Part shown: one piece after another, positions 1 through 12,789 of the stretch
Layout: each line of letters starts with the position of its first letter
Position numbering within the stretch: position 1 is the first letter of the stretch
Assembly (NCBI GenBank): GCA_951406725.2
Contig: OX597819.1
Location: forward strand, 72,168,001-72,232,000
Origin: Octopus vulgaris
Lineage: Eukaryota
Length of the DNA stretch: 64,000 bases
Direction of reading: 5' to 3'
Notes under the pieces: model-generated
Databases searched by the model: none
What the model was told of the DNA's origin: nothing
What the model saw: the letters and a program-made list of their open reading frames with translations, nothing else
Program-made: the position numbers and the translations under genes

Positions 1-760
1 ATAGATAAAGGCAAGCAGAAAGTGCTAAGGTGTGGGTCACAACTTGACAGTAAATAGTTAGGATGTGACGTCAGAGGCCGGTGACTGCGATAAAGAAAAT
101 TATGAAAAAAGACGAAGCGCAAAAATGTGACGGACAATTGATCTGCCGAACTATTGAATAGCAGGCTAATGGAACTTTACAATACATGCGTGCCCACATA
201 CACGCGCGCGCACACACATGCATACACACTACACGCGCACACACTCATACACACACACATACACATGAACACACACACGCACGCACTGACACGTACAAAC
301 ACACATGCACACACAGACGCGCGCGCACACACACACACACACATATACATACATACATACATACATACATAGACACACACACATACATACATAGGCACAC
401 ACACACGCACATGTAAATACGAACAGCTTCCAGTTTCTGTCTGGTAATTCCTCTCCTAAGTCATTGGCTAACTGAAGTAGAAGACGTTTGTCCTAGGTGA
501 AAGGTGACATGCAGTAGGAACGAACCCGAAACTTCTAGACCACACAGCAATGCCTGCACCTTGTCATTAATAATTTCGCTCCTCGAACAATATATAATCT
601 GACAAAGTAGAATTTATAATTTTCATACCTCTTTCCTTCTTCCTCTCTCGTCCAGTTTTTTCCTGTCGCTGGAAGCTACTATGGCGACCGAGAAAGTGGC
701 AAAAGTGCCGCACAAGCTTTTGTCACTTAAATCCAATACCCTACCAATGTCTCACAAACA
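1..760. repeat. Left arm of an old inverted duplication (partner 3690-4121)
   Basis: 1-41 (ATAGATAAAGGCAAGCAGAAAGTGCTAAGGTGTGGGTCACA) is the near-exact reverse complement of 4081-4121; ~410-760 is a diverged reverse complement of ~3690-4012. Confidence 0.9.
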
Positions 761-889
761 TTGCATTTCACTTCTTGGCCTGTTTTGTCCGGAAACGTCA
801 CATCTGCGCACATGAAGGGGTGGAAGTAAACCGGAACAACTCGGTTGAATGTAAAGACAGTCATTATTCTGACAAGATAGACAATCATG

Positions 890-897
<8 letters not shown>
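656..897 (+). pseudogene. Possible decayed Cys-rich exon, weakly TNFR-CRD-like
   Basis: Polypyrimidine tract plus CAG acceptor ending at 655; open frame SCRWK...VECKDSHYSDKIDNHDIC; GTATG donor-like site at the start of the microsatellite. Resemblance judged by eye only. Confidence 0.2.
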
Positions 898-922
<25 letters not shown>

Positions 923-1370
923 TGTATGTATGTATGTATGTATGTATGTATGTGTGTGTGTATGCATGCATATGTGCTTGTATGTATGTATGTATGTATG
1001 TATGTATGTATGTATGTATGTATGTATGTATGTATGTGTGCATGTATGTGTGTGTATGTATTTATGTATGTATGTGTACGTATGTATGTATGTGTGTGTA
1101 TGTATGTATTTATGTATGTATGTATGTGTATGTGCGTGTGTGTATAGGTATGTATGTATATATATATATATTTATGTATTATGTATGTATGATTTGAATG
1201 TATGTATGTATTTATGTATGTATGTGTGCATGTATGCATGTGTGCTTGTATGTATGTATGTATGTATGTATGTATGTATGTATGTGTGTGTATGCGTGTG
1301 TATGCATGTATGTGTGTGTATGTATGTATGAATGTATGTATTTGTGTGTATGTACGTGTATGTATGTATT
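893..1370. repeat. (TATG)n/(TG)n compound microsatellite
   Basis: Directly visible. Confidence 0.97.
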
Positions 1371-1889
1371 TTTCTCAGAGTTTAATTTCAGTACTTGTGA
1401 GAGTTCAAACCGGTCACTATGAAAGCAACAAGAGTTAAGAGACTTCTCGGTGTTTGTAAATATGTGGTTGAGTTGATGTGTTTGTTGCACTGTCGATGCA
1501 TACGCCCACGTGTGTGCATCTATTCACATAAGAATCTCACAGGGAGAATTTTCGGGATGTCATACATGTCTACACCGTGCCCTAATAGATTGACTTTATA
1601 GAATCCGCGTCAGTTGCTTTTGCTCTTTTTCCGTGATATCGTGTGTATGTATATATGTATGTGTGTGTGTATGTATGTATGTACGTATGTATGTATGTAT
1701 GTATGTATGAGTGTATGTCGATTTATTTTATGAGTTTGATGTTTTAACAAAGAAACTCTGTTGCATTGGTTCCCCAATTCTTCGTGGACAGGGAGCAAAC
1801 GTAAGATTAACCCACCCCCTCCAAGAAACCACAGAAAGAACAAGAAAAAGAAGGATACTTTATAGAAAACTCTCTCTCTCTCTCTCACT

Positions 1890-2990
1890 CTCTTCAAACA
1901 AAGAAAATAGAGATAGCGTCAACCGAAGAAATTGAAACGGCTCTAAAGCTTATTTTGTTCAAAGTGGCATTCATGAAAAGAGGAAAGAAATACGGTACCG
2001 GTGGGGTAGAATTCATATGAAAACACGACGCTGGGGATGATTCCATGATACCCCTGCAGACGAAGGAGCTGGCTCTTTTACCGTTATACCTTGGCAAAAG
2101 AACCACAAAAGTCACAATAGAAGGTTATCCACCTGAAATTAAATCGGCGTGGCTTCTGGCAGCCGCTTGCTCCAATATGAAGGAGGAGATGACATTGCTG
2201 GGGTTCGAGTAGGAAAAAATGCAGAACTGTTGTGACGGGAGTCTTTGGGCGAAATTTCAAGCCAAACAAGGGGAACTGGAGGAAATTCCAGAATTTATAA
2301 TTCTGCCGGATGAAACAAAACTAAGAGTCTCGGTCCAGAGCAGAATCCAAAGATGTTTCGATTGCGGCCTGAAGGGTTACACAAGGAAAACATGCTCCGA
2401 GACCCTTCAAGCTGAAGCATATGGAAAAAACAGGTTGAACAATAGGAATAGCAGGGAAAGCCTTACATAGAGGCTCCAAGTGAGGAGGAAAAGAAGCAGA
2501 AAGAAGAATTGCACGCCGGAGGAAGATGGACCGTCCAGATCTACCGAGGTGAGTGAAGAGGAATGGTCATTTGCAGGGAGGAAGTGGGAAAAAAGTTCTT
2601 GCTCTCTTCCTCCAAAAAAGAAAAAAAAACATAAAAAGCTTTAAAATGAATGCACAAGAACAGATACGAACGCAGACAAAAGACATTATAAACGCAGACA
2701 GCAGAAAAGAAAAAGTTATCCACACCCAAAAGAACACTGAATACAATACAAGGAACACAAAGCAAAGACAAAGAGACAAAAATAGAACAACTGTGTAAAA
2801 ACTTTTTCTAAAAATATTCAATGACGTTATCTGGAGTGTGGCGTTCGAGTTGACGTCATCCACCTTCTCATTAACCAGTAACATTCTTTTCATTCGATTT
2901 TATTTTTGCCCTTTTTTGTGCTTCGTCTGTGCTTGCTTGTCCCCTTGTCCCCTTGTTAGGCACTGTGTAGCTAAATAAAGAAATACAGTC
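1890..2990 (+). mobile_element. Tx1/L1-group non-LTR element derivative: decayed ORF1 plus 3' tail, no ORF2
   Basis: Translation LPLYLGKRTTKVTIEGYPPEIKSAWL and degenerate Zn knuckle RCFDCGLKGYTRKTC; aligns by eye to ORF1 at 60253-60640; pyrimidine-rich 3' UTR and AATAAA near 2973. Confidence 0.7.
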
Positions 2991-3690
2991 GACGAGCTAT
3001 GCATTTGAGTTACGGTAGGACATAGTATTGTCGCAGTTGTTTCCCTCTTGTTTAAAAACTGTTAGTGTCCTTTGACGTTATTCTTCTGAACAGGTTTGAT
3101 TATCCTGCTGTTTCCCCGTTAGGATCGAAATGGTTGCATTTTGTGTGGGAATTGTGCCCACAGAAAAAGACTAGTGATTTGTATGAAATGTTAGAGCCCC
3201 TGGAAAGCATCGACTCTGAGTACAAAAGCGACTCGGAAGAAAGTGTGGACGATTATGCAGCAGGTAAAAAGCCAAGAAGATACAACAACAGGGCAGAAAC
3301 GTGGAAAACTTCAACCAATTCTGCGGAGAGGGGGAGCAAACGTTAGATTAACTACACCAATGAGGCCACAGATGAAACAAGAAAAAGAACGATAGCTTAT
3401 AGAACACTAATTCTTAACTTGCCAAAAGAAATACACAAATCGCAATAGAAGGTTATCCACCTGAAATTAGATCAGCGTGGCTTGTAGTAGCCGCTTGCTC
3501 CAATATGAAGGAGGAGGTGACACTGTTGGAGTTCGAGGAAAAAAAAGTGGAGAACTGGTGTGGTTGGAGTTCTCGGGCGACAATTTAAGCTGCACTAGCG
3601 TAACTGGAGGCAATTCCAGAATTTATAATTCTGCTGGGCCAGCCACGCAGAGACGACGAAATACGTCGTCATAATGCAGGACATAAGAAA
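2991..3690 (+). mobile_element. Second, tandem copy of the same element family (5' UTR plus internally deleted ORF1)
   Basis: CAATAGAAGGTTATCCACCTGAAATTA...GCTCCAATATGAAGGAGGAG at ~3443-3517 repeats ~2115-2188. Confidence 0.7.
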
Positions 3691-4121
3691 ATGATTGTGA
3701 GACATCAGTGGATTATTTGATTTCAGTGACAAAAGCTTGTGCGACACTTTTGCCACTTTCTCGGTCGCCATAGTAGCTTCCAGCGACAAGAAAAATTTGG
3801 ACGAGAGAGGGAGATAGAAAGGTAAATGGAAATTATAAATTTCACTTTGCCAGATTATATATTGTTCGAGGAACGAAATTATTAATGACCTAGTGCAGGC
3901 ATGGCTGTGTGGTCAAGAAGTTTCGGGTTCGGTCCCACTGCATGTCACCTTGGGCAAATATCTTGGTTTAGAATTAAGTAGACGGAAACTGTGGAAGCTC
4001 TTCGCATTTACGTGTGCGTGTGTGTGTATGTGTGTGTGTGCACGTATGTGTGCACATGTGTGTATGTATGTGTGTTTGTGTGTGACCCACACCTAAGCAC
4101 TTTCTGATTGCCTTTATCTAT
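3690..4121. repeat. Right arm of the inverted duplication, including a decayed SINE head at ~3894-4010
   Basis: e.g. TTTTGCCACTTTCTCGGTCGCCATAGTAGCTTCCAGCGACA is the reverse complement of 664-704. Confidence 0.9.
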
Positions 4122-4847
4122 TTATATATTACGCATCTGTTTATGATAATTAATGTCTTCTAATACAAATTAATAGCAGCCATTTTGGGAAAGGTATGAA
4201 AAGAGATTGTGTAACGCCTGCATTGAAACAGGAAATTGAAATAATACATTTGAAAAGAAGCGAAAACCAAAACGCTACTTTCGGTGAATATAATAACATC
4301 GCTTCTTCAATTACTTATGACATCAACAAATAAAAGAATAAGTTAATGTGATATTTGGCTGACCTAGACACAAGTAAAGGTATGGAGGCGCAGCAAATAT
4401 ATATATAAGAAAAAGAAAACTTTCATAACGAGACACAATGCCATTTAAAGGGCTTTGAGAAATGATTCTTAATCCTTTTTTACCCATGGACGGACTCCTT
4501 TGAATCGTATTTGACTCCGATGGACCCTCCTAATCATTCGATGTTTAGAAAATCATATTATAAACCAACAAACAAACACAAAGAACGCAGCCCCGATAAC
4601 GGACAGAGGCAACGACTATTGAAGATTCTAGAAAGGATAAATAAGTAAATGAGTGGAAATCGAACTGGTGAGTGTATTAATCAATAAGGCATTAAAACAG
4701 AATGACTCTCCCCATACAATAAACTACGCTTCAACACACGAATTCCCAAAAAGAATCTTGGAAGCAAATATAAAAGCGAAATATTAGGAATTGTATCGAA
4801 AAATTGTAAAAATATCTTCGGTATATATATATATATATGCATTCTCT

Positions 4848-5235
4848 TCTTTTATTCTTTTACTTCTTTCAGTGATTTGACTGCGGCCATACTGGAGCAC
4901 CGCTTTAGTCGAGCAAACCGACCCCAGGACATATTTTTTGTAAGTCTAGTACGTATTCTATCCGTGTCTTTTGTCCAACCGCTAAAGTAGGGGACGTAAA
5001 CACACCAGAGTCGGTTGTCAAGCTATGGTGGGGAGACAACACAGGCGCACAAATACACACATACATATATACGACGGGCTTCTTTCATTTTCTGTCTACC
5101 AAATCCACTCACAAGGCTTTGGTCGGTCCGAAGCTATACAAGAAGGCACTTGCCCAAAGTGCCGTGCAATGGGACTGAACTCGGAACAATGTGGTTGGTA
5201 AGCAAGGTACTTATCACACAGCCACTCCTGCGCCT
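4848..5235 (-). mobile_element. tRNA-derived CORE-type SINE (dominant family), full length
   Basis: Reverse complement of the copy at 16902-17330: tRNA-like head, CORE-like CTTTGGGCAAGTG block, internal microsatellite, AAAAGA-type tail. Confidence 0.9.
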
Positions 5236-5250
5236 ATGTATGTATGTATG

Positions 5251-5323
<73 letters not shown>

Positions 5324-5410
5324 GTCTGTCTGTCTATTTATCTATCCATCTATCTGTCTATTTATCTATCTATGTATTTATCTATCTATTAATCTATCTA
5401 TCCTATCTAT
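5236..5410. repeat. (TATC)n microsatellite
   Basis: Directly visible. Confidence 0.95.
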
Positions 5411-6323
5411 GCACGTATGTTTGTTGTGTGTGTATATCTATCTATGCATGGATGCATGTATTTACACTCACGTGCAGACGCACACACATAGTCAAGCACA
5501 CGCACACACACGCGCATACGCACATATAGATATAAATGTGAAACATATGTGTTCTTGAGTGTTGTGTGTGTGTGTAATATGCAATGCATGTGTGTGTGTG
5601 CGATCGCGTGGATGTGTCTGTGTGTCTGTGTACTTGTCTGTGTATGTGTGCACGCGCGCACGTACTTGCGTGTATGCGATTCTGCGTCCACATGCATGGT
5701 ACATAGGGATATATGTACCTCACAAGATAACCCTTAATCTTTCGAGGCAACTACTCCCGAAACTGCTATAAAAATATTTAGCAATTAGTTAGAGCATAGA
5801 ACGAATGTGTATGTGAAATAAACTATAATAATGAATTTTGAATATATCAAAGCTTATATGAAACTTGTAGTTCTCTTCCGGGACATCTGGATGTTTCTGT
5901 GGTAAATTGCTTCTTCAGATGTATCGAAAGAGACAGCTTCCCGTGAAACATTGCAAAACGTAGCAGTCATCTACAAACGACTGAGTATACCTTGGTCAGA
6001 AATTACAACCGAAACCTTCCAATTTTACCATATAAACTGGTTGTGGAGAATTCCGCTAGTTAAACAAGGCTATGGATCGCACTTTAAAAAATGTATAGCT
6101 CAAACTCTGTCTCTAGAGCCACTAATGTGTCTCTAGTGCCATTCAGTTGTCACTCACGCTTCTAGCGACTACGGGGAGGGAACTGATCGCACTGTGCAAT
6201 CGTAGTATGGTGATATCGGAGTGACTTCCAGGGTGCAGGTCCGTGCAAGGCTTTATGGAAAGCAGCAATTATTTATGCAGCAAAATACACGTTGTACCAA
6301 GGAGGCCAAGGCGAGGAATAGAT

Positions 6324-6660
<337 letters not shown>

Positions 6661-7200
6661 CCATTTTCCTTTTACAGTACTTTTACTGATAAAGACAGCC
6701 AAACAGTTGTTTATAAAGGAATCTCATTCAATATTTTTCACTGCAAAAGCTGAATATTTTTCACCCAACGCTTGGTTTCCACGGACACAGATTAGAATAC
6801 ATAAATGTGTGGTTATTGTGTTTTATTGCTGCCAGTATTACTATTCGTGTTTGTATTTTTATGTATGTGTGTGTATGTGTAACAATGTGTGTGTGCTTAT
6901 TCGTTTGTGTTTATGTGTATGCGTGTGTGCGTGTGAATGTGGGTTCGTAAGAGAGACAGGGAGGGGAAATAAAGACAAATGACAAAGAAAGGAACTCAAC
7001 ATTTTGTGGTGTGTAAGAATGAAGACATTAGGGGAGAGAAATGAGAAGCAGAAAGGGGCAGAGAGAAGGAAAATGGACAGAGACAGTAAAGGGAAGAGAG
7101 GCTAGGGTGGAGGGGACTGAAGAGTACTAGGGGAGAGAAAAGGAGGGTAATGGAGGAAGAATGCGAAGAAAGAAAGGAAGGACGAAAACAAGAGGGAGAT

Positions 7201-7242
<42 letters not shown>

Positions 7243-7699
7243 AGCAAAGAGCTAATATTTGTGTTTCGTATCGAGGCAAACAAAAGCTGGGAGAGGATGT
7301 CGTCATAAAGTTGAAGACAAAAAAAAATAATAAAGAGAAAGAAAAAAGAAAGAAGTAGAGACGCGATTTGAAATGATTCGTTTCCTGTCTCTACTTTGTA
7401 TTCATTGGTGACTTCTGGGTGACGATCAAGTACCTAAAATAACCAGCCACTTCCGCTTCCTGAGATATAACATGAAGTGGCAATTTGACTCCCATGTTTG
7501 TTTGTTTTTGGATTGTTTATATTTTTTTTTTGAAAGAGATTCTTTTATATTTCTCTGTGTTTGACTCTGTGTGTGTGTGTGTGAGATGACCACCACGTAC
7601 TACTGAAATTTACTGGGAATGTCATTTTAATTGTAATTTTTTTTTTGCTTTCGTTTTGAGTATGTGTGTTTGTGTGCGTCTGGGGGTAAGTGTGTTTAT

Positions 7700-7733
<34 letters not shown>

Positions 7734-7809
7734 TTCTTTAGAGACATTTGGCCCTTAACGTGAACTGCTGTTTCAGTTACGTTCAGGGCTGTATGTGTTT
7801 GGATAGAGA

Positions 7810-7992
7810 CATACAGACAGACAGACAGATACATACATACATACATACATACATACATACATACATACATACATACATACATACATGCATGCATGCATGC
7901 ATGCATACATACATACATACATACATACATACATACATACATACATACATACATACATACATACATACATACATACATACATACATACATAC
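7810..7992. repeat. (CATA)n microsatellite
   Basis: Directly visible. Confidence 0.95.
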
Positions 7993-8051
7993 GTACTTAC
8001 GTACATGCATACATTCACGCAAAATGAGTTGATTTGTAATTTATTTTTGTA

Positions 8052-9318
8052 TTGGGTTGACAACCAAGTTCCCACCGTTTTCTTTTTTAATTTAAATTTT
8101 TTAAAAGGTTTAATAAAAAAGAATAACAACTAATTAATCAATAATGTATTCACCCTTGTTGTTTACAACTTCTTCCCAACGTTCAACAAGATTTTCAATA
8201 CCTCGTTGGTAGAAATCACCCGATTTCGACTCGAAAAATTGATCCAACCAAGCTCTCAATTATGCATCAGTATTGAACGAAACTCCGTGCATAGCATTTG
8301 AAAAAGATCGAAGGAGGAAGAAATCTGTTGGTGCAAAATCAGGAGAGTACAGCGGGTGTGGCAACACTTCCCAGCCATGCGTTTGAATGGCTTCCTTGGT
8401 CATATTGAGGGCGGGTGTTGTCGTGCAGCAGAACTCCATGCTGCCGATTAGGTCTTTTCTCTTGAATAGCCATGTTGAGTCGTTCCGTCTGTTGAACATA
8501 GAGCTCTGCGTTGACCGTTTGGTTCCGTTCAAGCAATTCGTAATGGATAATCCCTTCCCAGTCCCACCATACGCACAACATCGTTTTACGCGGATGAAGA
8601 TCTTGTTCCACGCGCGGTGTCGCTTGTTTACCGGGGCTAAGCCATTCCTTACGCTGCTTCATATTGATGTACAGGCATCATTTTTCGTCGCCAGTAACGA
8701 TTCGGTAAAGAAATCGTTGCTTGTTTCCATTAGTTGAGCGTTGACGAGCCAGCAAACCAGCGGAGATTGTGGCTCGTTGATTTCTGTTGTTGTCACTTAA
8801 AACATGCGGAACACATGCTCCATATTTCTGAACCTTTCCCATCGAGTGAAGATGCTTCCCTGTAGCAGTGTGGGAGCATTCCATTTTCTCTACCAGTTTC
8901 CTTGTCGTTTGACGAGAATTTTCGGTCAAAAGTTGGTTTAATTGCTCTTCATCGAACTCAACTGGACGGCCAGAACGAGGTGCGTCTTTGAAGTCAAAAT
9001 TTCCATTTTTGAACTTGGCATACCAATCAAGAGCGGTTCTTTCAGCTATGGCACTCTTTCCATACACAGCGCAAATGTTGCGAGCAGCTTGATTAAAAGC
9101 AAAAAGAAGAAGGTGTCGAAAATGCTCGTTTTTCTTAACTTGACATTTTAATGATCTGAAAATAAACAAAAATTAACTAAAATTAATTAGAAAACAAAAC
9201 AAAATAGATTCCAAAATGATTCAAAAATAGAATTCTCGAAAAAAGTAGATTCCAAAATTTAAAAACGCAATAAATTCCAAAATATAAAAAAACCGTGGGA
9301 ACTTAGTTGCCAACCCAA
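8052..9318 (-). mobile_element. Full-length mariner (DD34D) transposon with frameshifted transposase
   Basis: TIRs TTGGGTTGACAACCAAGTTCCCACCG / CGTGGGAACTTAGTTGCCAACCCAA with TA flanks; motifs EHFRHLLLF, IVTGDEK, LLHDNTRP, PHPLYSPDFAPTDF spread over three frames. Confidence 0.95.
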
Positions 9319-9499
9319 TATATTACGCATAAGATTTGTCTACACACGCATACACATACACGTATGTATGTATATATGTATACGCGTATGTTGCTTGAAT
9401 ATATACATTTATTATTTCATATATATATAGACACACACACTCATACAATTACATACACATACAAATATATATATTCTTTTGTTGTCTTACCATTTTTAT

Positions 9500-9534
<35 letters not shown>

Positions 9535-9537
<3 letters not shown>

Positions 9538-9720
9538 TAGAGAAAGAATCACTATTATGCAATTCAAACAATGATAGACATAAACCAAATCATAAATAAA
9601 AAATAAAATAGAATATATATATTTTTAAAACATATAACTAGATCACAAAAAGTATAAAAATGAATAATCAATATATAATAAGTAAATAATAAGTAAATAA
9701 TAAATATATATTACTGGAGT
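9535..9720. repeat. AT-rich element terminus abutting (TA)n, related to the foldback ends at 18776 and 29792
   Basis: AATTAGAGAAAG..CTATTATGCAATTCAA resembles the termini at 18776 and 29808. Confidence 0.5.
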
Positions 9721-10099
9721 AATATTCTTTTGCTTAATGAATTAATCTCAGATTGTGTTATAAATAATAATTTAAAGCACGCACACAATCACACACACAC
9801 ACACATACACACACCCTTATATTTACATTCTTCTTTGGTTTGTTTAATTGTAGTGTTATATATTTTAATGTGGGAAGAATCTTCGCCGTCTCCCGCGATT
9901 TGGTCACTCACACATTTCCAATCCATTTCAGAGATTCAGTGGAATTGTGTCAAAGACTAAGTCACAGATATCTGTGACGCAGTTCGTTGACATTTTCTGC
10001 GACATGATACTACCAAAGGATATAACAAATGTGTTTATTACGGTGCATAAAGTGTGTTTGAAATGATTAATCATATACGTGCGTGTATGGTTTTGCATG

Positions 10100-10149
<50 letters not shown>

Positions 10150-10339
10150 CGCTACTACTACTACTACCACTACTACTACTACTATTACTGCTGCTGCTGT
10201 TGCAACTACTAATACTACTCATCACATGTAAATGTATGTTTGTATTTTTTAAAAACTAAGAAAATGATTTAAGAACTTGAGTACTTCATCATTGACAAAA
10301 GGAAAACGTTTACATTTTTTTTACAATTATTTTTTAGAG

Positions 10340-10620
10340 TGGATAACAGTTTTAAAGTAGCTAACTTCCTTGACATCACTTCACATTTTAAATACAAGCT
10401 TATATTTTCCCTTTCGAAAAACTAATGAATGCCTCCAATTTGTTAATGTTAAATCTACCCACCCTAGGCCTGTCTTAAGTTGTATCGTTTCTAGTGTTTC
10501 TATTACAATTTCCAATCTCTCCGCAAATGAAAATATCTTTAACAATCGCACCTCTTTACTGTAACCTAGTCCTGCCTATTCTGATAAAATATCTCTGGTA
10601 TTACATCCTTATCACTAGGC
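10340..10620 (+). mobile_element. Decayed Penelope-like RT C-terminal fragment
   Basis: KVANFLDIT...YFPFRKTNECLQFVNVKSTHP...ISNLSANENIFN matches the PLE RT pattern FLD-T...Y-KP...S-HP. Confidence 0.7.
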
Positions 10621-11782
10621 TCAAAATTCTAATAGAACAATTAACTCCACATTAAATTTAATGTTAATTCTAAGACCAGGACAATAAGTATGTCTCTAAT
10701 TATCATTCCCATAGAGTTCTCTGTAAAATAAACTCCTCTCTTCCTAAGTATATTTCTGATGCTAATAGTTTACCAAAGCCCCTCCAGTTTTGCCCGTGAT
10801 TATCCCAGTTGATGACGTCAGTAGTGATCCCAAAATTCATCTTCGCCTCGGTGATTCTTCGTAACTAAAGCGTTATGGACGACATAACAGGGACAGAAAG
10901 AGAGAGATTAGTAACCTCTTAATCTCTTCTGAAGTGAGATCACCAGAAGAGACTAACAAACTATAAGCTCTCATCATAACCAAACCAAGTTAACAATTGT
11001 CGTTCATCAGTACCTTACCGTCTAAACTACGTTATTTGCTAATTTTTTATTTCCTCAAAAGGTTTCCATATTAGAGTCAAATCAACTATGGAAATCGGTA
11101 GGGATCATCTTTTATTTCTTGGAAGAAAAACTGAAATAAACCATTAAAAGAACACACACACACATGTACACAATACCATGCACATACACTCACACTCACA
11201 AACACAAACACAATCACACACAGATACCTACACACAGAGATACATACTCAGAACAGATTTCCAGAACACACAAATACACAAGCATTTGCGGAAGCGCACG
11301 CGCGCACACACACACACACACACACAAACACGCGCATACACACACACACACACACACACACACGCACGCGCGCGCGCGTAAAGGCACATTAATTCACACA
11401 CATATAGACAGACATATGAACAGCAATGGGTACATCATGCTTACACATTCCTAAACATATACACACAGGTAAATACCTGGATGTGCTTGTATACAGACGA
11501 GCGCGTGACTATATTGTTTGCTACTTTTAAATGATATCAGCTAATTTATCAATAAGAATAATAGACTGCCCGCTGTATTATCACGTCTAATGTACTTCAA
11601 CTTGTTTTATCTGATAGAAGGATTGAGTCAAAGGTTCTTCTTATCACACAATTTAACATCTTATGATACACAACTTCATGTTGCCACCCAATAATAAGCA
11701 TTTAGCGGCGAAATGAAAACATTCGGCGATTTTTAACGGTACAGTTGGCTCTATATTGGTGCTTTGCGGTACATACAATAAT

Positions 11783-12010
11783 CACTCGCCATATCGCGTT
11801 TCACCTCAGTACATCGCGGATTTTTCTAGCTAATATATGTAAATTTATATTGTGAATTCCTCAGTATATCGCGAGTTTCTGCGGCCAATGGGTATTTATA
11901 TTGTTTTAGATTATAATTATTTCTGTGGTAAAACAAGCATTTTCACGACTAAAAACCAATAAATTAATAAATTTTTAAAAAATACAGTACAGTGCTGCAC
12001 TGTGTAACAC
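11783..12010. mobile_element. Possible pogo/Tigger-like transposon terminal fragment
   Basis: Repeated ATATCGCG/ACATCGCG subterminal motifs. Confidence 0.35.
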
Positions 12011-12021
12011 ATCATTTAAAA

Positions 12022-12152
12022 TACGAGGGTGAGTCAAAAAGTAATGCCATTTTGTTTAGGACAGGTATAATTACCAACACAGGAACATGTATCATACATC
12101 AAAATGAAGTTGGTCCTCTGTGGATCACATCCTTACTTCTAAACATAGTCAC
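12022..12152. mobile_element. mariner terminal fragment
   Basis: TACGAGGGTGAGTCAAAAAGTAATG, a typical mariner TIR start. Confidence 0.55.
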
Positions 12153-12162
12153 ATTTAAAAGA

Positions 12163-12356
12163 CAAAGGATGAAAGACAAAGTCGACCTCAGCGGAATTTG
12201 AACTCAGAATGTAGCGGCAGACGAAATACCTATTTCTTTACTACCCACAAGGGGCTAAACACAGAGAGGACAAACAAGGACAGACAAACGTAACGGCAGA
12301 CGAAATACGGCTACGCATTTCGCCCGGCGTGCTAACGTTTCTGCCAGCTCGCCGCC
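12163..12356 (-). mobile_element. Second SINE family (tRNA head plus Meta-domain-like block), rearranged copy
   Basis: Reverse complement reads GGCGGCGAGCTGGCAGAAACGTTAGC...GAGTTCAAATTCC...GTCGACTTTGTCTTTCATCC, with an internal insertion/duplication. Confidence 0.75.
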
Positions 12357-12376
12357 AACATTATTCTCCGACCTTA

Positions 12377-12520
12377 AGGTGGTGAGCTGCCAAAATCGTA
12401 AGCGCATCGGAAGAAAATGCTTTGCGGCATTTCGTCCATCTTTACGTTCTGAGATCAAATTCCGCCACGGTCAAATTTGCCTTTCATCCTTTCGGGGTCG
12501 ATAAAATAAGTACCAGTTGC
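12377..12520 (+). mobile_element. Second SINE family copy, head-to-head with the previous one
   Basis: GGTGGTGAGCTGCCAAAATCGT...GCCTTTCATCCTTTCGGGGTCGATAAAATAAGTACCAG. Confidence 0.8.
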
Positions 12521-12789
12521 ATATTTAAAAGCGATATGACTTTCATACATGTTATGTAGTCATTTCACCAAAGTGTTAAGCTGTTATAGAGCCGGGTTGT
12601 ATGACCAAATGGAACGATAATGGAAGTGGTCATTATTATTATACGTTTGCATATCCATATATCGAGTTTTCTAATGTCGCCTTTCGTTTTGGATGCCTAC
12701 AATTCTAGTGTATTGTCTTACCCGCTTGACGATCGAGCGTTTATTTATAACGTCTGCCTTTATGTCCATTTTATCTACTCACTATCCTT

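Noticed and set aside
66-73. CRE palindrome TGACGTCA (also near 2852 and 10813) and tandem ETS-like sites near 7449
   Set aside because: Isolated short motifs can occur by chance; no transcription start evidence
681-815. Small ORF MATEKVAKV... shared by both inverted arms
   Set aside because: Short, diverges after ~25 codons, no recognisable homology; similarity is explained by the duplication
5885-5922. Hammerhead-like CTGAAGA...GAAAC on the minus strand
   Set aside because: Stem II is unpaired and there is no UH triplet in position
10922-10955. HHR remnant downstream of the PLE RT fragment (TCTTCTGAAGTGAGATCACCAGAAGA)
   Set aside because: A simple hairpin; the GAAA half of the core is missing, so it cannot be supported
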